Made by a program: the position numbers and the translations under genes. The notes beneath the pieces were generated by a model. The model saw only the letters and a program-made list of their open reading frames with translations, did no database searches and was not told the origin of the DNA. Positions 42,335-52,038 of a DNA stretch of 64,000 nucleotides are shown in pieces. The stretch comes from a virus (taxonomy: Duplodnaviria; Caudoviricetes): IMG/VR virus record IMGVR_UViG_3300025450_001231; one strand, given 5' to 3'. How positions within the stretch are numbered: the first letter of the stretch is position 1; every line of letters starts with the position of its first letter.

Positions 42335-43807
42335 TTAGTTATCTGCACGTGGTGTTAGTGCTTGGTTGAGATTTTGTCTTGTTGGCAAAGTCTGACCTTC
42401 TTTATTTGTATATGTACTGGTATCATTGATAAATGTACTGGTTAAAGTCTTATTATCTGCACCCGGTGTTAAATTGGCTCTGACTACATCTTGCACAACA
42501 ACCCATCTAGCGCCGTCCCATCGAAATAATCTATTAGGTAAAAAATCTACTCTTAATATATAGTCGCCAATTTGTGGCAAAGGTGGAAATTGGGTGTTAC
42601 TGATAATAGCCAAATCCTCGGGACTAAATTTAGTGTACTGCCCAATGCTGGTATTTGCTGCTGGAAAACTAGGATCAGTTGGGAAACTAGTACTAACATT
42701 AGCAACAAATCCATTTGGTGGTTGGCTATCGGTGGTCAAATACCCTGGTGTGTTTTGAGCAGGTCTATAGGGTAAAGTATTAACGTAATCGACATTACTG
42801 TCTACATATAAATTAGTAAAATCAACAGTTTGTCCAGTGGGATCTCCGGGACTACCATCCGGTAAAGTTGGTTCCACATAAAGTGTATCAGTATTGTATC
42901 CACTTAACGGAACATCAATTTGTGCTTGAGCTAGTACTGCATCGTTAATTTCATTGAGCTTGTTATAGTTAGACAGTATTTGCCCAATCGGGGTATTTGC
43001 TGCATCGCCTGCAGTAACATTGTTCAAAATATCTTTGTATTCTTGTGCATCCACTAGCGGTGTCATTTTGACTCTGACTAAATGCGGCCACCAAGTAGCA
43101 CTGAATCCTTCGGCGGCAAATGTTACATCTTGAATAACATAGTAACGTTTTAGTACTGCTGGAATAGCTGCATCCAACGGGTAGTAATCCTTTTTATGCA
43201 ACAATTCTAATACATCTCCTGACATTAGTTTTCTGCCAACAGTAGTAACAACATCGTTTAGATGGAAAGTCATCATAACAGTATCTGCACTTAAAAAGAT
43301 TCCAAATTGTTGCAAGTCAAAGTCATTATCATTTACTGTGTAAATTCCTCTGAGACTGTATATGCTAGTATCGTATTTTCTATCACGATTTTCAACAAAC
43401 AGTAAATCTTGTATATTAGTTGCAGATTGATTTTGATAAGCAGGTTTTTCTGGATTGTTCCAATATATGCTAACTGGACTATTACTGCTAATAGTAGATG
43501 TAATTGGATTATTAATGGTTACTGTGTTTGCACCAAAATTAACATTTGTAACAACAGTGCCACTTGCAATTCCAATTCCGCTAACAGTTTGCCCGACAGC
43601 CATTGCACTGACATTACCAAAAGGTAATACATTTGAATTGGCAGTTACAGTTGCAGTAGTATTGTATGCCTGTACTTGACTAGTAGGGCCAAGATATTTG
43701 TGCAAGTACACACCGGTACCGCCAATAGTAAACTCTTCGGAGATTCTACGATCGAAAAATTTGTAATCATTGCTGTGGTTTTCTCGCCACAAAGATAGTC
43801 TTGGCAT
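42335..43807 (-). CDS. Neck/head-closure protein (T4 gp14-like)
   Basis: IQDLLFVENRDRKY, FDLQQFGIFLSADTVMMTF, GDVLEL; adjacent to the gp15-like gene. Confidence 0.65.
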   Translation of the reverse strand: MPRLSLWRENHSNDYKFFDRRISEEFTIGGTGVYLHKYLGPTSQVQAYNTTATVTANSNVLPFGNVSAMAVGQTVSGIGIASGTVVTNVNFGANTVTINNPITSTISSNSPVSIYWNNPEKPAYQNQSATNIQDLLFVENRDRKYDTSIYSLRGIYTVNDNDFDLQQFGIFLSADTVMMTFHLNDVVTTVGRKLMSGDVLELLHKKDYYPLDAAIPAVLKRYYVIQDVTFAAEGFSATWWPHLVRVKMTPLVDAQEYKDILNNVTAGDAANTPIGQILSNYNKLNEINDAVLAQAQIDVPLSGYNTDTLYVEPTLPDGSPGDPTGQTVDFTNLYVDSNVDYVNTLPYRPAQNTPGYLTTDSQPPNGFVANVSTSFPTDPSFPAANTSIGQYTKFSPEDLAIISNTQFPPLPQIGDYILRVDFLPNRLFRWDGARWVVVQDVVRANLTPGADNKTLTSTFINDTSTYTNKEGQTLPTRQNLNQALTPRADN

Positions 43808-43827
43808 TATTTGTCCCGTTTATAGTG

Positions 43828-43835
43828 TATTTATT
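43828..43835 (-). promoter_or_regulatory. Late promoter box for the gp14/gp15/Nudix operon
   Basis: AATAAATA on the minus strand, 20 nt upstream of the gp14-like start. Confidence 0.55.
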
Positions 43836-43841
43836 GCAACA

Positions 43842-43870
43842 TTGACATTAAATTTCAATTACCGTATAAT
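43842..43870 (+). promoter_or_regulatory. Consensus sigma70 early promoter
   Basis: TTGACA-N17-TATAAT; ATG 6 nt downstream. Confidence 0.85.
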
Positions 43871-43876
43871 TGTGGG

Positions 43877-44137
43877 ATGACACAAATTATAGACTACGAG
43901 CCAAAATTTAGTGAAATGTTAGCCTGTATCAGTGCGGTTAACGATATGCGGGCCCGTAGTCAACTGTATAAAATGTATACAAACTGTCGTAAAATCCACA
44001 CAGAAATGAGCCAAGAATTGGTAGAGTGCAGACGTAGGAAAAAGTTAACACAAAAGTATACAGAATTAGAAACTAACTTAAACCTAAGTATTAGTGAATT
44101 TGAACAGTGGACAACCTTTGCGAATTTGATTTATTGA
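43877..44137 (+). CDS. Hypothetical early protein
   Basis: 86-aa ORF directly after a consensus sigma70 promoter; no recognisable motif. Confidence 0.65.
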   Translation: MTQIIDYEPKFSEMLACISAVNDMRARSQLYKMYTNCRKIHTEMSQELVECRRRKKLTQKYTELETNLNLSISEFEQWTTFANLIY

Positions 44138-44162
44138 CATTAATACTGATCTGCAGTATAAT
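44134..44162 (+). promoter_or_regulatory. Consensus sigma70 early promoter
   Basis: TTGACA-N17-TATAAT. Confidence 0.85.
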
Positions 44163-44192
44163 GTATTTTTACAACACAAAACGTAGGCTACT

Positions 44193-44621
44193 ATGGAAAT
44201 TACAGTAAAATGTCGAGGACAGGGCAGAGCCGAGTTAGTTAAAGCCTGCGCAGGTTTTATTGCAAAAGAACTAAGAATCAGCAACAGCACTTGGAAACTG
44301 CAAATCCAGCTCAAACGTTTCCCCAAAGAAGAAGGCATTCGTGGTAGCGTAATCGATGCTGGACCTAAACAGTTAGTGATGTTTTTAGAGTCGTCTATGG
44401 AGTTTGAACGTTTTACAGAAGTGTTGAGTCACGAAATGGTACACGTTAAGCAATTTGTGCGTGGCCAGTATAAACAAGAAATCAAACGTGGTCTTCCAGT
44501 ACATTACTGGATGGGCAAGCAGGTAAAGGCTAAGTATTACGACCAACCTTGGGAACAAGATGCTTGGAGTCGTGAGCGAATTTTATCAAACAAATTATTT
44601 GCTGTTATTAATCAGGAGTAA
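44193..44621 (+). CDS. Putative Zn metallopeptidase (HExxH)
   Basis: VLSHEMVHVKQF followed by YYDQPWEQDA. Confidence 0.7.
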   Translation: MEITVKCRGQGRAELVKACAGFIAKELRISNSTWKLQIQLKRFPKEEGIRGSVIDAGPKQLVMFLESSMEFERFTEVLSHEMVHVKQFVRGQYKQEIKRGLPVHYWMGKQVKAKYYDQPWEQDAWSRERILSNKLFAVINQE

Positions 44622-44624
44622 ACA

Positions 44625-45800
44625 ATGGCGACAGTAGCAGGAATTAAAATCAAAACCAAAGTGGCTAAGCCACGTGGCGGCCAGTTTATGGATGAAAAGT
44701 ACACAGGTGGGGAGCCAACTTGGGATACAGAAGCAGCAGAAAAGTTTGATAACGAAACTTTTGATCATTATCTGCGCAAGAGTTTCTATTACTACAATTA
44801 TTACTATACTCAAAAAGACTGTAAAAAATACATTGTAGAATGGATGCAAGCACAACCTAGTACATTTTCCAAACAAGAAGTAAGTGCGTTTATTCGCAGT
44901 AGTGACCGTAATATGTCAATGACAGCCTGTAGCCTCATTATGGCACATCGTGCAGGTATGCCATTCCGTGGACGTCACATTGAGTTTATTACAGAAGCTA
45001 TTAACAAATCTATCGGTTTAGCCGAACCTGAAGATACTGTGGTTGAGACTGCTGAGGAAAAACCTAAAGCATACGTGCCCACTATCCAGGATCGCCTTAA
45101 TGAAAAAACTGCTGAAATTATCGGCGAGTTAGAAGGTCATTATGACGAAGCCACAAAAGCAACAAAGACTACATTTAAGCCCTACGAGTATCTTGTGTCA
45201 AACAATGTAGTACAAAGTCAATTAAGCAAATATGAATTGGTTTATACCAAACGCAAACTAGAGCTTGAATCGGCATTGGCCAAGCAAGACGAAGACCTTA
45301 AAGAAGGGTATCGTCATTATAAAGCCGCAGACTTCAAACGTTTGATTGCTTGGATTGATGATCTTTTGGTAGCGATTGATCAATATAGAAGTGTGAAAAA
45401 AGCAGTTAAAAAAGCTCGTGTGAAAAAAGCACCTTCGAAAGAGAAATTGATCAGCAAGTTAAAGTACAGTAAAGAGTTCAAAGAACTTAAAATTGTCAGT
45501 ATTAATCCTGCCGATATTATTGGTGCTACAGAATTATGGGTTTACAATACCAAATATCGTAAATTGGGTAGATATACTGCAGATGCATACAAGACGTTGA
45601 CCATTAAAGGCACAACTATTGAAAACTTTGATTCTACCAAGAGTGTGCAAAAGACCTTGCGTAAGCCTGCAGAGCAATTAAAAGAATTTGCTAAAGCAGG
45701 TAAGGTACAGTTGCGTAAGTTTTTAGATGATATTCGTGCAACAGATACGCAACTAACAGGGCGTATTAGTACAGACATAGTACTGCTAAAAGCGGCATAA
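44625..45800 (+). CDS. Hypothetical phage protein, basic C-terminal domain
   Basis: 391-aa ORF with AGGAG RBS; C-terminal IIGATELWVYNTKYRKL...IKGTTI...KTLRKP segment that I associate with T4-like phage unknowns. Confidence 0.75.
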   Translation: MATVAGIKIKTKVAKPRGGQFMDEKYTGGEPTWDTEAAEKFDNETFDHYLRKSFYYYNYYYTQKDCKKYIVEWMQAQPSTFSKQEVSAFIRSSDRNMSMTACSLIMAHRAGMPFRGRHIEFITEAINKSIGLAEPEDTVVETAEEKPKAYVPTIQDRLNEKTAEIIGELEGHYDEATKATKTTFKPYEYLVSNNVVQSQLSKYELVYTKRKLELESALAKQDEDLKEGYRHYKAADFKRLIAWIDDLLVAIDQYRSVKKAVKKARVKKAPSKEKLISKLKYSKEFKELKIVSINPADIIGATELWVYNTKYRKLGRYTADAYKTLTIKGTTIENFDSTKSVQKTLRKPAEQLKEFAKAGKVQLRKFLDDIRATDTQLTGRISTDIVLLKAA

Positions 45801-45842
45801 TATAGTTTCCTATTAGCTAAATATGGTTAGTAGGACACAATT

Positions 45843-46997
45843 ATGCCAGTACAAATGACCCCAGGTCTGCAAAACGACCTAAGCCTTCAAACCCAGAATC
45901 TTGGTGGTCCTGGGCCAATTGACATCAATAGTGCAATTGATGCCGCCGGTAATATCCAAACACTAAATCAACTTCGTAATCAAATGACTGATTACATTAG
46001 ATTGCGTTTGGGCGACGGTATTGTTGATGTTGAATTAGACAAAGAACACTTTGAGCTTGCTATTAAGCAGTCACTTACTAAATATCGACAATTGGCCAGT
46101 AATGCACAAGAAGAAAGTTATGCGTTTTTGGACCTTTTGCCTGAAACACAGGAATACATACTGCCCAATAATATTATGGATGTGCGTACTATCTTCCGTC
46201 GTGGTATTGGAAGTGTGACAGGTACAACTGCAAGTCAATTTGAACCATTTGCCAGCGGTTATTTGAATACTTATATGTTGGTTGCAGGTCGAGTTGGGGG
46301 ATTAACCAATTACGAAATGTTTACACAATATCAAAAATTAGCTATGACTATGTTTGGCGGTTATATGAATTATACATTTAATCGTGTTACTAAGAAACTT
46401 ACTGTGGTTAGAAAGATCCCCCAGTACGGTCATACATTTTTACCTATTCAAAGTATTGTGGCCAGTAGTCAAAATGTTGGTGCCACTATTACTATTACAT
46501 TTAATGTGCCTTGGCCTTTACAAGCAGGCAACAGTATCTACATTATTAACCCTACAGTAGCAGGGTGGGCTGGCCAATACATTGTGCAAACAGTTGGGGC
46601 AGGCGGTAATGTTATTACAGTTACTGCACAACAACCTTTAGGTAGTTTAGAACTAACTGACTATGCAATGAGCCAAACTCAAATTTGGAGTCCAGAATTG
46701 GATAGCGTAGACAATACCGAAAGTGTGCTATTATGGGTCTATAATTACAAACCAGATAGCGTGTTGTTAAGTGACCAGTTTGTTTATCCTTGGTTGCAAG
46801 AATATGCACTCGCATTTTGTAAAACTATTTTAGGACAAGCTCGTGGCAAGTTTGCTCAAATTGCAGGACCACAAGGTGGTACACAACTAAATGGTGCTGC
46901 TCTTATGGCAGAAGGCCAAGCCGAAATGGAAAAGCTCGAATTAGATATAAGAAACTATGTAGATGGCTCACAACCGTTGACTTGGGTTACTGGTTAA
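45843..46997 (+). CDS. gp13: Neck protein (T4 gp13-like)
   Basis: DYIRLRLGDGIVDVELDKEHFELAIKQSL; C-terminal WLQEYALAFCKTILGQARGKF...LNGAALMAEG. Confidence 0.85.
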   Translation: MPVQMTPGLQNDLSLQTQNLGGPGPIDINSAIDAAGNIQTLNQLRNQMTDYIRLRLGDGIVDVELDKEHFELAIKQSLTKYRQLASNAQEESYAFLDLLPETQEYILPNNIMDVRTIFRRGIGSVTGTTASQFEPFASGYLNTYMLVAGRVGGLTNYEMFTQYQKLAMTMFGGYMNYTFNRVTKKLTVVRKIPQYGHTFLPIQSIVASSQNVGATITITFNVPWPLQAGNSIYIINPTVAGWAGQYIVQTVGAGGNVITVTAQQPLGSLELTDYAMSQTQIWSPELDSVDNTESVLLWVYNYKPDSVLLSDQFVYPWLQEYALAFCKTILGQARGKFAQIAGPQGGTQLNGAALMAEGQAEMEKLELDIRNYVDGSQPLTWVTG

Positions 46998-47028
46998 TGT
47001 TATACTAGCAACTCACGCAGGAGTTGTT

Positions 47029-47640
47029 ATGATCATAGGATTTTGTGGATTAATTGGCAGTGGTAAAGATACTGCTGCAGACTATCTTGTTAACTTTCAC
47101 GAGTTTCGTAGGGACAGTTTTGCAAGCAGTCTTAAAGATGCAGTTAGCGCAGTATTTGGTTGGGACCGAGAACTATTAGAAGGCCGTACTAAAACTGCAA
47201 GGGCTTGGCGAGAAGAAATAGATCCATGGTGGAGCCAACGCTTGAATATGCCACATCTTACTCCCCGTTGGATACTACAATATTGGGGCACAGAAGTCTG
47301 CAGACAAGGATTCCACGATGATATGTGGATTGCCAGCTTAGAAAACAAACTTAGAAATACCAACGACAGCACAGTTATCACTGACTGTAGATTTCCTAAC
47401 GAAATAGCTGCCATAAGAGCACAAGGTGGTAGAATTGTGTGGATACAACGCGGTATAATTCCCCATTGGTACGATATTGCATCAAAAGCAAACAAAGGAG
47501 ATACCAAAGCTGCTGAATGGCTCAAAGCAAATAATATACACGCTAGTGAAACATCATGGGCTGGTACTGATTTTGATGTTGTCGTAGACAATAACGGCAC
47601 TATAGACGACTTATACTCGCAACTTAAAAATCTGGTTTAA
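47029..47640 (+). CDS. gp1: Deoxynucleoside monophosphate kinase (T4 gp1-like)
   Basis: IIGFCGLIGSGKDTAA, TPRWILQYWGTEVCR, VITDCRFPNE, HASE. Confidence 0.9.
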   Translation: MIIGFCGLIGSGKDTAADYLVNFHEFRRDSFASSLKDAVSAVFGWDRELLEGRTKTARAWREEIDPWWSQRLNMPHLTPRWILQYWGTEVCRQGFHDDMWIASLENKLRNTNDSTVITDCRFPNEIAAIRAQGGRIVWIQRGIIPHWYDIASKANKGDTKAAEWLKANNIHASETSWAGTDFDVVVDNNGTIDDLYSQLKNLV

Positions 47641-47974
47641 CTTCAGCTTCTTGCCAAGGTAGCTTACTAAGGCCGATTTCTACTCTGCAATTCAAGCAAA
47701 TACTTTTTAAGTTAAATTGGCTATTGTTGCGTAAGTTGCCGTCTACATGGAATACTGTCATTTGTTTGTCAGGATATTTGGCCTTCCAACCGCAATGATC
47801 GCAAACTGTGCGTTTCCTGTACCCAGCCTTAAACCACGCGGGGGGTATAGGCTTTAATTTGTTGCCTTTTCGACTACAACTGCTACATAGTCTTCGATAG
47901 TGGTGTTTACCGTCTTTAACGTAGTTAACGGCCGACGGATTTTGTTTACAACTCTGACAAACGGGTCTAATCAT
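47624..47974 (-). CDS. Zn-finger/degenerate HNH protein
   Basis: CxxC pairs (CQSC, CSSC, CDHC, CLNC) and FHVDGNLRNN...NL. Confidence 0.7.
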   Translation of the reverse strand: MIRPVCQSCKQNPSAVNYVKDGKHHYRRLCSSCSRKGNKLKPIPPAWFKAGYRKRTVCDHCGWKAKYPDKQMTVFHVDGNLRNNSQFNLKSICLNCRVEIGLSKLPWQEAEVKPDF

Positions 47975-48099
47975 ACTAATATTTAATCAAACCTTTGGCA
48001 AAGGCACCTAAGCCACAGTTATTTCTCCAAATACGATAAATATCTTTATAAAGAATTTAAGGTTAATTTCTTATTTTTACACGTTAAAGGAAAAACACT

Positions 48100-51000
48100 A
48101 TGGCAACGCTAGTAAGTCCAGGCGTATCAGTTACAGTAACAGATGAAAGCAATTACAGTCCTAATAGTTTAGGGACTGTTGCTTATATTTTATTGGCAAC
48201 TGCACAAAACAAAACAGCTCCAGGCGGCACTTCAATTGCGGCCGGGACACTAAGTCAGAATGCAGACAAAGTATATACCATTACTAGTCAAAGAGATTTA
48301 GTTACCACATTTGGTAACCCATTCTTTGCAACTACTAATAGTGGTGCTGCTATTAATGCTGACGAGCAAAATGAATACGGCTTGATGGCTGCATATAGTT
48401 TGTTGGGAGTATCGAATACAGTATATGTACAACGTGCTAATGTAGACTTAGGCGGATTAACAGGTACGACTATTCGTCCTGTAGATAATCCAGCAACTGG
48501 TACTTACTGGTTAGATACATCTACTACCAATTGGGGAATTTATCAGTGGGACGCATTTACTCAGTCATTCACTGAACAATCTCCGATTGTAATCACCAAT
48601 CCTTCATTACTAGTAAGTAATACAACACCTAATGTAACACTTGGTGGAATTGGTAGTTATGCTGTCAATGCTTATCAAAGTAATAATGTTCTTTACTATA
48701 AAGGATTGAGCAATACTTGGAATATAGTTGGGTCAACACAATGGCAATACGATATTCCTACAATAACAGGTTCGGTATTGAATCCTGTCATTCCTAGCGG
48801 CGGCGGAACAATAGATGTTAACGGTACAAACATTACATTTACTTCTGGTGAAAATTTAGCCAGTATTATTGCAACAATCAACGGTGCTGGTCCAGATAGT
48901 AATAATGTTGTTGCTACTACCAATAGTGTTAATCAGCTGATTCTAACTGGCTCTGCTTTAAGCAGCGGACAACAAATAACAATTACAGGAGATACTAATG
49001 TAATGCAAGCATTAGGACTCCACTCAGGTACTTTTACTGTTCCCCAAGTTCAAATAGCACCGTACTACAATATTCCACAGTGGCAAGGTCCAGTGGGCGG
49101 CGGAGAAAGTCCCCCAACTGGTAGTGTTTGGCAAAAAACCACTACATTAGGCGGAGGTTTATCACCAGTTGTTAACAAATACAATGCTACTAATGTAGCT
49201 TGGGAAACACAAAAAGTAACCGAATATCCAGATGTACTTACTGCTACATTCTCGTTGGATCCTACTGCAGGTGGTTTGAACATTACGCAAAATTCTATTT
49301 TTGCACAGTACAATGTAAAACAAGACAATATTACACCTAGCGTTTATTTCTGGGTTCGTAATGCAAGTGGTCCAACAATTGGAACAGGAACTACAACAAC
49401 TCCTACATACAACAACGGACAGTTTAACATAACCGTTAGACCTACTGTTAATTCTCCATCCACTACTACATATACTGTAACAGTATCTCAGCCAAGCGCA
49501 TTTGGATTTATTAGCGCAGTTAGTGCTGCAGGAATTCCTAATGTTAGTGCAAAACTAGCAACTTCTGGAGCAATGACATTGGTTCATGCTACAGGTGGCG
49601 ACATAATCATATATGAAAATGATGGCTACAATGTATTAGGCGGAGTTGGATTAACTGCTGGCACACATAATAATATTACAGTGGATCCGTCCGGCAGTGG
49701 TAATTCAATTATTAGTAATTGGGTTCCATTGGCATATATCCCAAGCAGCACACAACCTTATATTGATCCAGCAGATGGTACATACTGGTATTATGATAGT
49801 CCTGCACACGTAGATATCATGATTAATGATGGAACCAATTGGAAAGGTTATAGAACTTTGGCCGCTGATATCAGAGGCTATAATTTACAACAAACCAATG
49901 TTAACGGTCCTATTGTTAGCTCAAGTGCTCCTACTGCACAAGACAACGGTAATTCATTGGTATACGGCGATTTGTGGTTAGACACAAGCGACTTGGAAAA
50001 CTATCCAAGTATATACAGATGGCAAAGTGTCAATGCAGCTAACCAATGGGTTAAGATTGATCTTACAGATGAAACAAGTCAAAATGGTATCATATTTGCA
50101 GATGCTCGTTGGTCAGTAAATGGCACAACAGATCCTTCAACTGATGCAATGCCTAGTGTTGCTTCGTTAGCACTAAGCAATTATTTAGATTTGGATGCAC
50201 CTGATCCTACCATTCACCCACGCGGTATGTTGTTGTTTAACACACGAGCCAGTGGATACAATGTAAAACAATTTAGATTTAACTATTTCAATGGTACTTC
50301 ATTCCCTGACCAATCATTACCTGCACAGAAAAATGCGTGGGTAAGCGTTAGCGGATATGATGCAGGAAATTCACCAAACTTTGGCCGTAAAGCACAACGT
50401 GGTGTTGTTGTTGCTGCATTGAAATCAGCAATCGACAGTAGCACAGTATTGCGTGAAGAACAACACGCATTTAACTTAATTGCTTGCCCAGGATATCCTG
50501 AGTTAATTCCTAATATGGTTACACTCAACGATGACCGTGGAGACACAGCCTTTATCGTAGGCGATACACCAATGCGTTTGCCTGCTACTGGTACTGCAAT
50601 TCAAGCCTGGGCGCAAAATTCAAATAATGCACCTACTACAGGCGAGGATGGCTTAACAATTACTAACCCATATGTTGGAATTTATTATCCATCTGCACAA
50701 ACAAATGATTTAAGCGGTAATGCAATTGTTGTACCTCCAAGTCACGTGGCATTAAGAGTTATTAGTTTAAGTGATAATATGAGTTATCAATGGTTTGCAC
50801 CAGCTGGATCTCGTAGAGGTTTAATTGATAATGCAAGTAGCATTGGATATGTTGACGCTGATTCAGGCGCATATTATCCAGTGGGTATTACTCAAGGATT
50901 AAGAGATGTTATGTATACTAACTCAATTAATCCATACACTAACTTACCAGGAACTGGTTTATTGGTATACGGACAGAAAACATTAAGCCCAACTCCAAGT

Positions 51001-51357
51001 GCATTGGATCGTATTAATGTAGCAAGACTTGTTAACTATCTAAGAAGACAGTTATCAATTATTACTCGTCCATACTTGTTTGAACCAAACGACAGTATTA
51101 CACGCAGTGGCGTTAAAGCAGTTGTAAGTTCTATGCTAAACGATTTGATTAGCAAGCGCGGTATCACTGATTATTTGGTTGTATGTGATAGTACAAACAA
51201 TACTCCAGACCGTGTTGACAGAAATGAACTATGGATTGATGTAGCGATTGAACCAACTAAAGCAGTTGAGTTTATCTACATACCGATTAGATTGATGGCT
51301 TCAGGAGCTATTACATCGGGACTAGCGGCCGCAGAAATAGCAGGAAAAGGGGCATAA
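48100..51357 (+). CDS. gp18: Contractile tail sheath protein with large insertions
   Basis: LVSPGVSVTVTDES N-terminus; VPPSHV, WFAPAGSRRG, INPYTNLPGTG, YGQKTL, LDRINVARL, FEPND, EPTKAVEFIYIPI. Confidence 0.97.
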   Translation: MATLVSPGVSVTVTDESNYSPNSLGTVAYILLATAQNKTAPGGTSIAAGTLSQNADKVYTITSQRDLVTTFGNPFFATTNSGAAINADEQNEYGLMAAYSLLGVSNTVYVQRANVDLGGLTGTTIRPVDNPATGTYWLDTSTTNWGIYQWDAFTQSFTEQSPIVITNPSLLVSNTTPNVTLGGIGSYAVNAYQSNNVLYYKGLSNTWNIVGSTQWQYDIPTITGSVLNPVIPSGGGTIDVNGTNITFTSGENLASIIATINGAGPDSNNVVATTNSVNQLILTGSALSSGQQITITGDTNVMQALGLHSGTFTVPQVQIAPYYNIPQWQGPVGGGESPPTGSVWQKTTTLGGGLSPVVNKYNATNVAWETQKVTEYPDVLTATFSLDPTAGGLNITQNSIFAQYNVKQDNITPSVYFWVRNASGPTIGTGTTTTPTYNNGQFNITVRPTVNSPSTTTYTVTVSQPSAFGFISAVSAAGIPNVSAKLATSGAMTLVHATGGDIIIYENDGYNVLGGVGLTAGTHNNITVDPSGSGNSIISNWVPLAYIPSSTQPYIDPADGTYWYYDSPAHVDIMINDGTNWKGYRTLAADIRGYNLQQTNVNGPIVSSSAPTAQDNGNSLVYGDLWLDTSDLENYPSIYRWQSVNAANQWVKIDLTDETSQNGIIFADARWSVNGTTDPSTDAMPSVASLALSNYLDLDAPDPTIHPRGMLLFNTRASGYNVKQFRFNYFNGTSFPDQSLPAQKNAWVSVSGYDAGNSPNFGRKAQRGVVVAALKSAIDSSTVLREEQHAFNLIACPGYPELIPNMVTLNDDRGDTAFIVGDTPMRLPATGTAIQAWAQNSNNAPTTGEDGLTITNPYVGIYYPSAQTNDLSGNAIVVPPSHVALRVISLSDNMSYQWFAPAGSRRGLIDNASSIGYVDADSGAYYPVGITQGLRDVMYTNSINPYTNLPGTGLLVYGQKTLSPTPSALDRINVARLVNYLRRQLSIITRPYLFEPNDSITRSGVKAVVSSMLNDLISKRGITDYLVVCDSTNNTPDRVDRNELWIDVAIEPTKAVEFIYIPIRLMASGAITSGLAAAEIAGKGA

Positions 51358-51358
51358 G

Positions 51359-51976
51359 ATGGCAGTTTCATCATTAACTAAATTTACAGTACCATTAGGT
51401 CCTGGACAAAGTAGCACAACACAAGGTATGTTGATGCCTAAACTCAAGTTTCGCTTTAGAGCGACATTTGATAATTTTGGTGTAAGCAATCCTACAACAG
51501 AGTTGACTAAACAAATTGTAACATTTGCAAGACCAAATTTAACATTTGATCCTGTTGAAGTTCCTGTTTACAACAGCAGAATTTATCTTGCTGGACGTCC
51601 AACTTGGGATCCTTGCCAAGTTACACTCAGAGATGATGCGGTAGGCAGTGTTACTACATTAATCGGCGAGCAATTGCAGAAGCAATTCGATTTTATGGAG
51701 CAGGCCAGTGCTAGCGCAGGCGGTGACTATAAGTTTATTACTACATTAGATATATTAGATGGCGGTAATGGACAGTACGAACCAGTTGTACTTGAAGAGT
51801 GGCAATTATATGGTTGTTTCTTAACTAATGTTAATTACAACGATGTTGATTATGGTTCCAATGATCCAGTTACTATCACTCTGAGCATCCGTTACGACAA
51901 CGCTATTCAAGTTGTTGGCGGTGGTGTTGGTACTAGTATTGGTAGAAACATTAGTTCTTCTTCAGCTACTTCCTAA
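51359..51976 (+). CDS. gp19: Tail tube protein
   Basis: PKLKFRFR, FARPNL, IYLAGRPTW, EEWQLYGCF, ITLSIRYD; follows the sheath gene. Confidence 0.92.
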   Translation: MAVSSLTKFTVPLGPGQSSTTQGMLMPKLKFRFRATFDNFGVSNPTTELTKQIVTFARPNLTFDPVEVPVYNSRIYLAGRPTWDPCQVTLRDDAVGSVTTLIGEQLQKQFDFMEQASASAGGDYKFITTLDILDGGNGQYEPVVLEEWQLYGCFLTNVNYNDVDYGSNDPVTITLSIRYDNAIQVVGGGVGTSIGRNISSSSATS

Positions 51977-51995
51977 GCTGATATCAACTAAAAAC

Positions 51996-52021
51996 AAAAG
52001 CCCACTCGAGTGGGCTTTTTT
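51996..52021 (+). terminator. Rho-independent terminator (palindromic, potentially bidirectional)
   Basis: AAAAGCCCAC-TCGA-GTGGGCTTTT followed by further T residues. Confidence 0.9.
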
Positions 52022-52038
52022 ATTGCATAAATATATGT

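Noticed and set aside
47097-47600. 167-aa antisense ORF inside the dNMP kinase, and similar antisense ORFs at 56354-56938, 35162-35512 and 41218-41619
   Set aside because: Fully nested opposite well-supported genes, with no motifs or expression signals.
47975-48099. tRNA or structured ncRNA in the larger intergenic gaps (also 62591-62723)
   Set aside because: No cloverleaf or T-loop/D-loop consensus; the gaps are accounted for by promoters, terminators and RBS.
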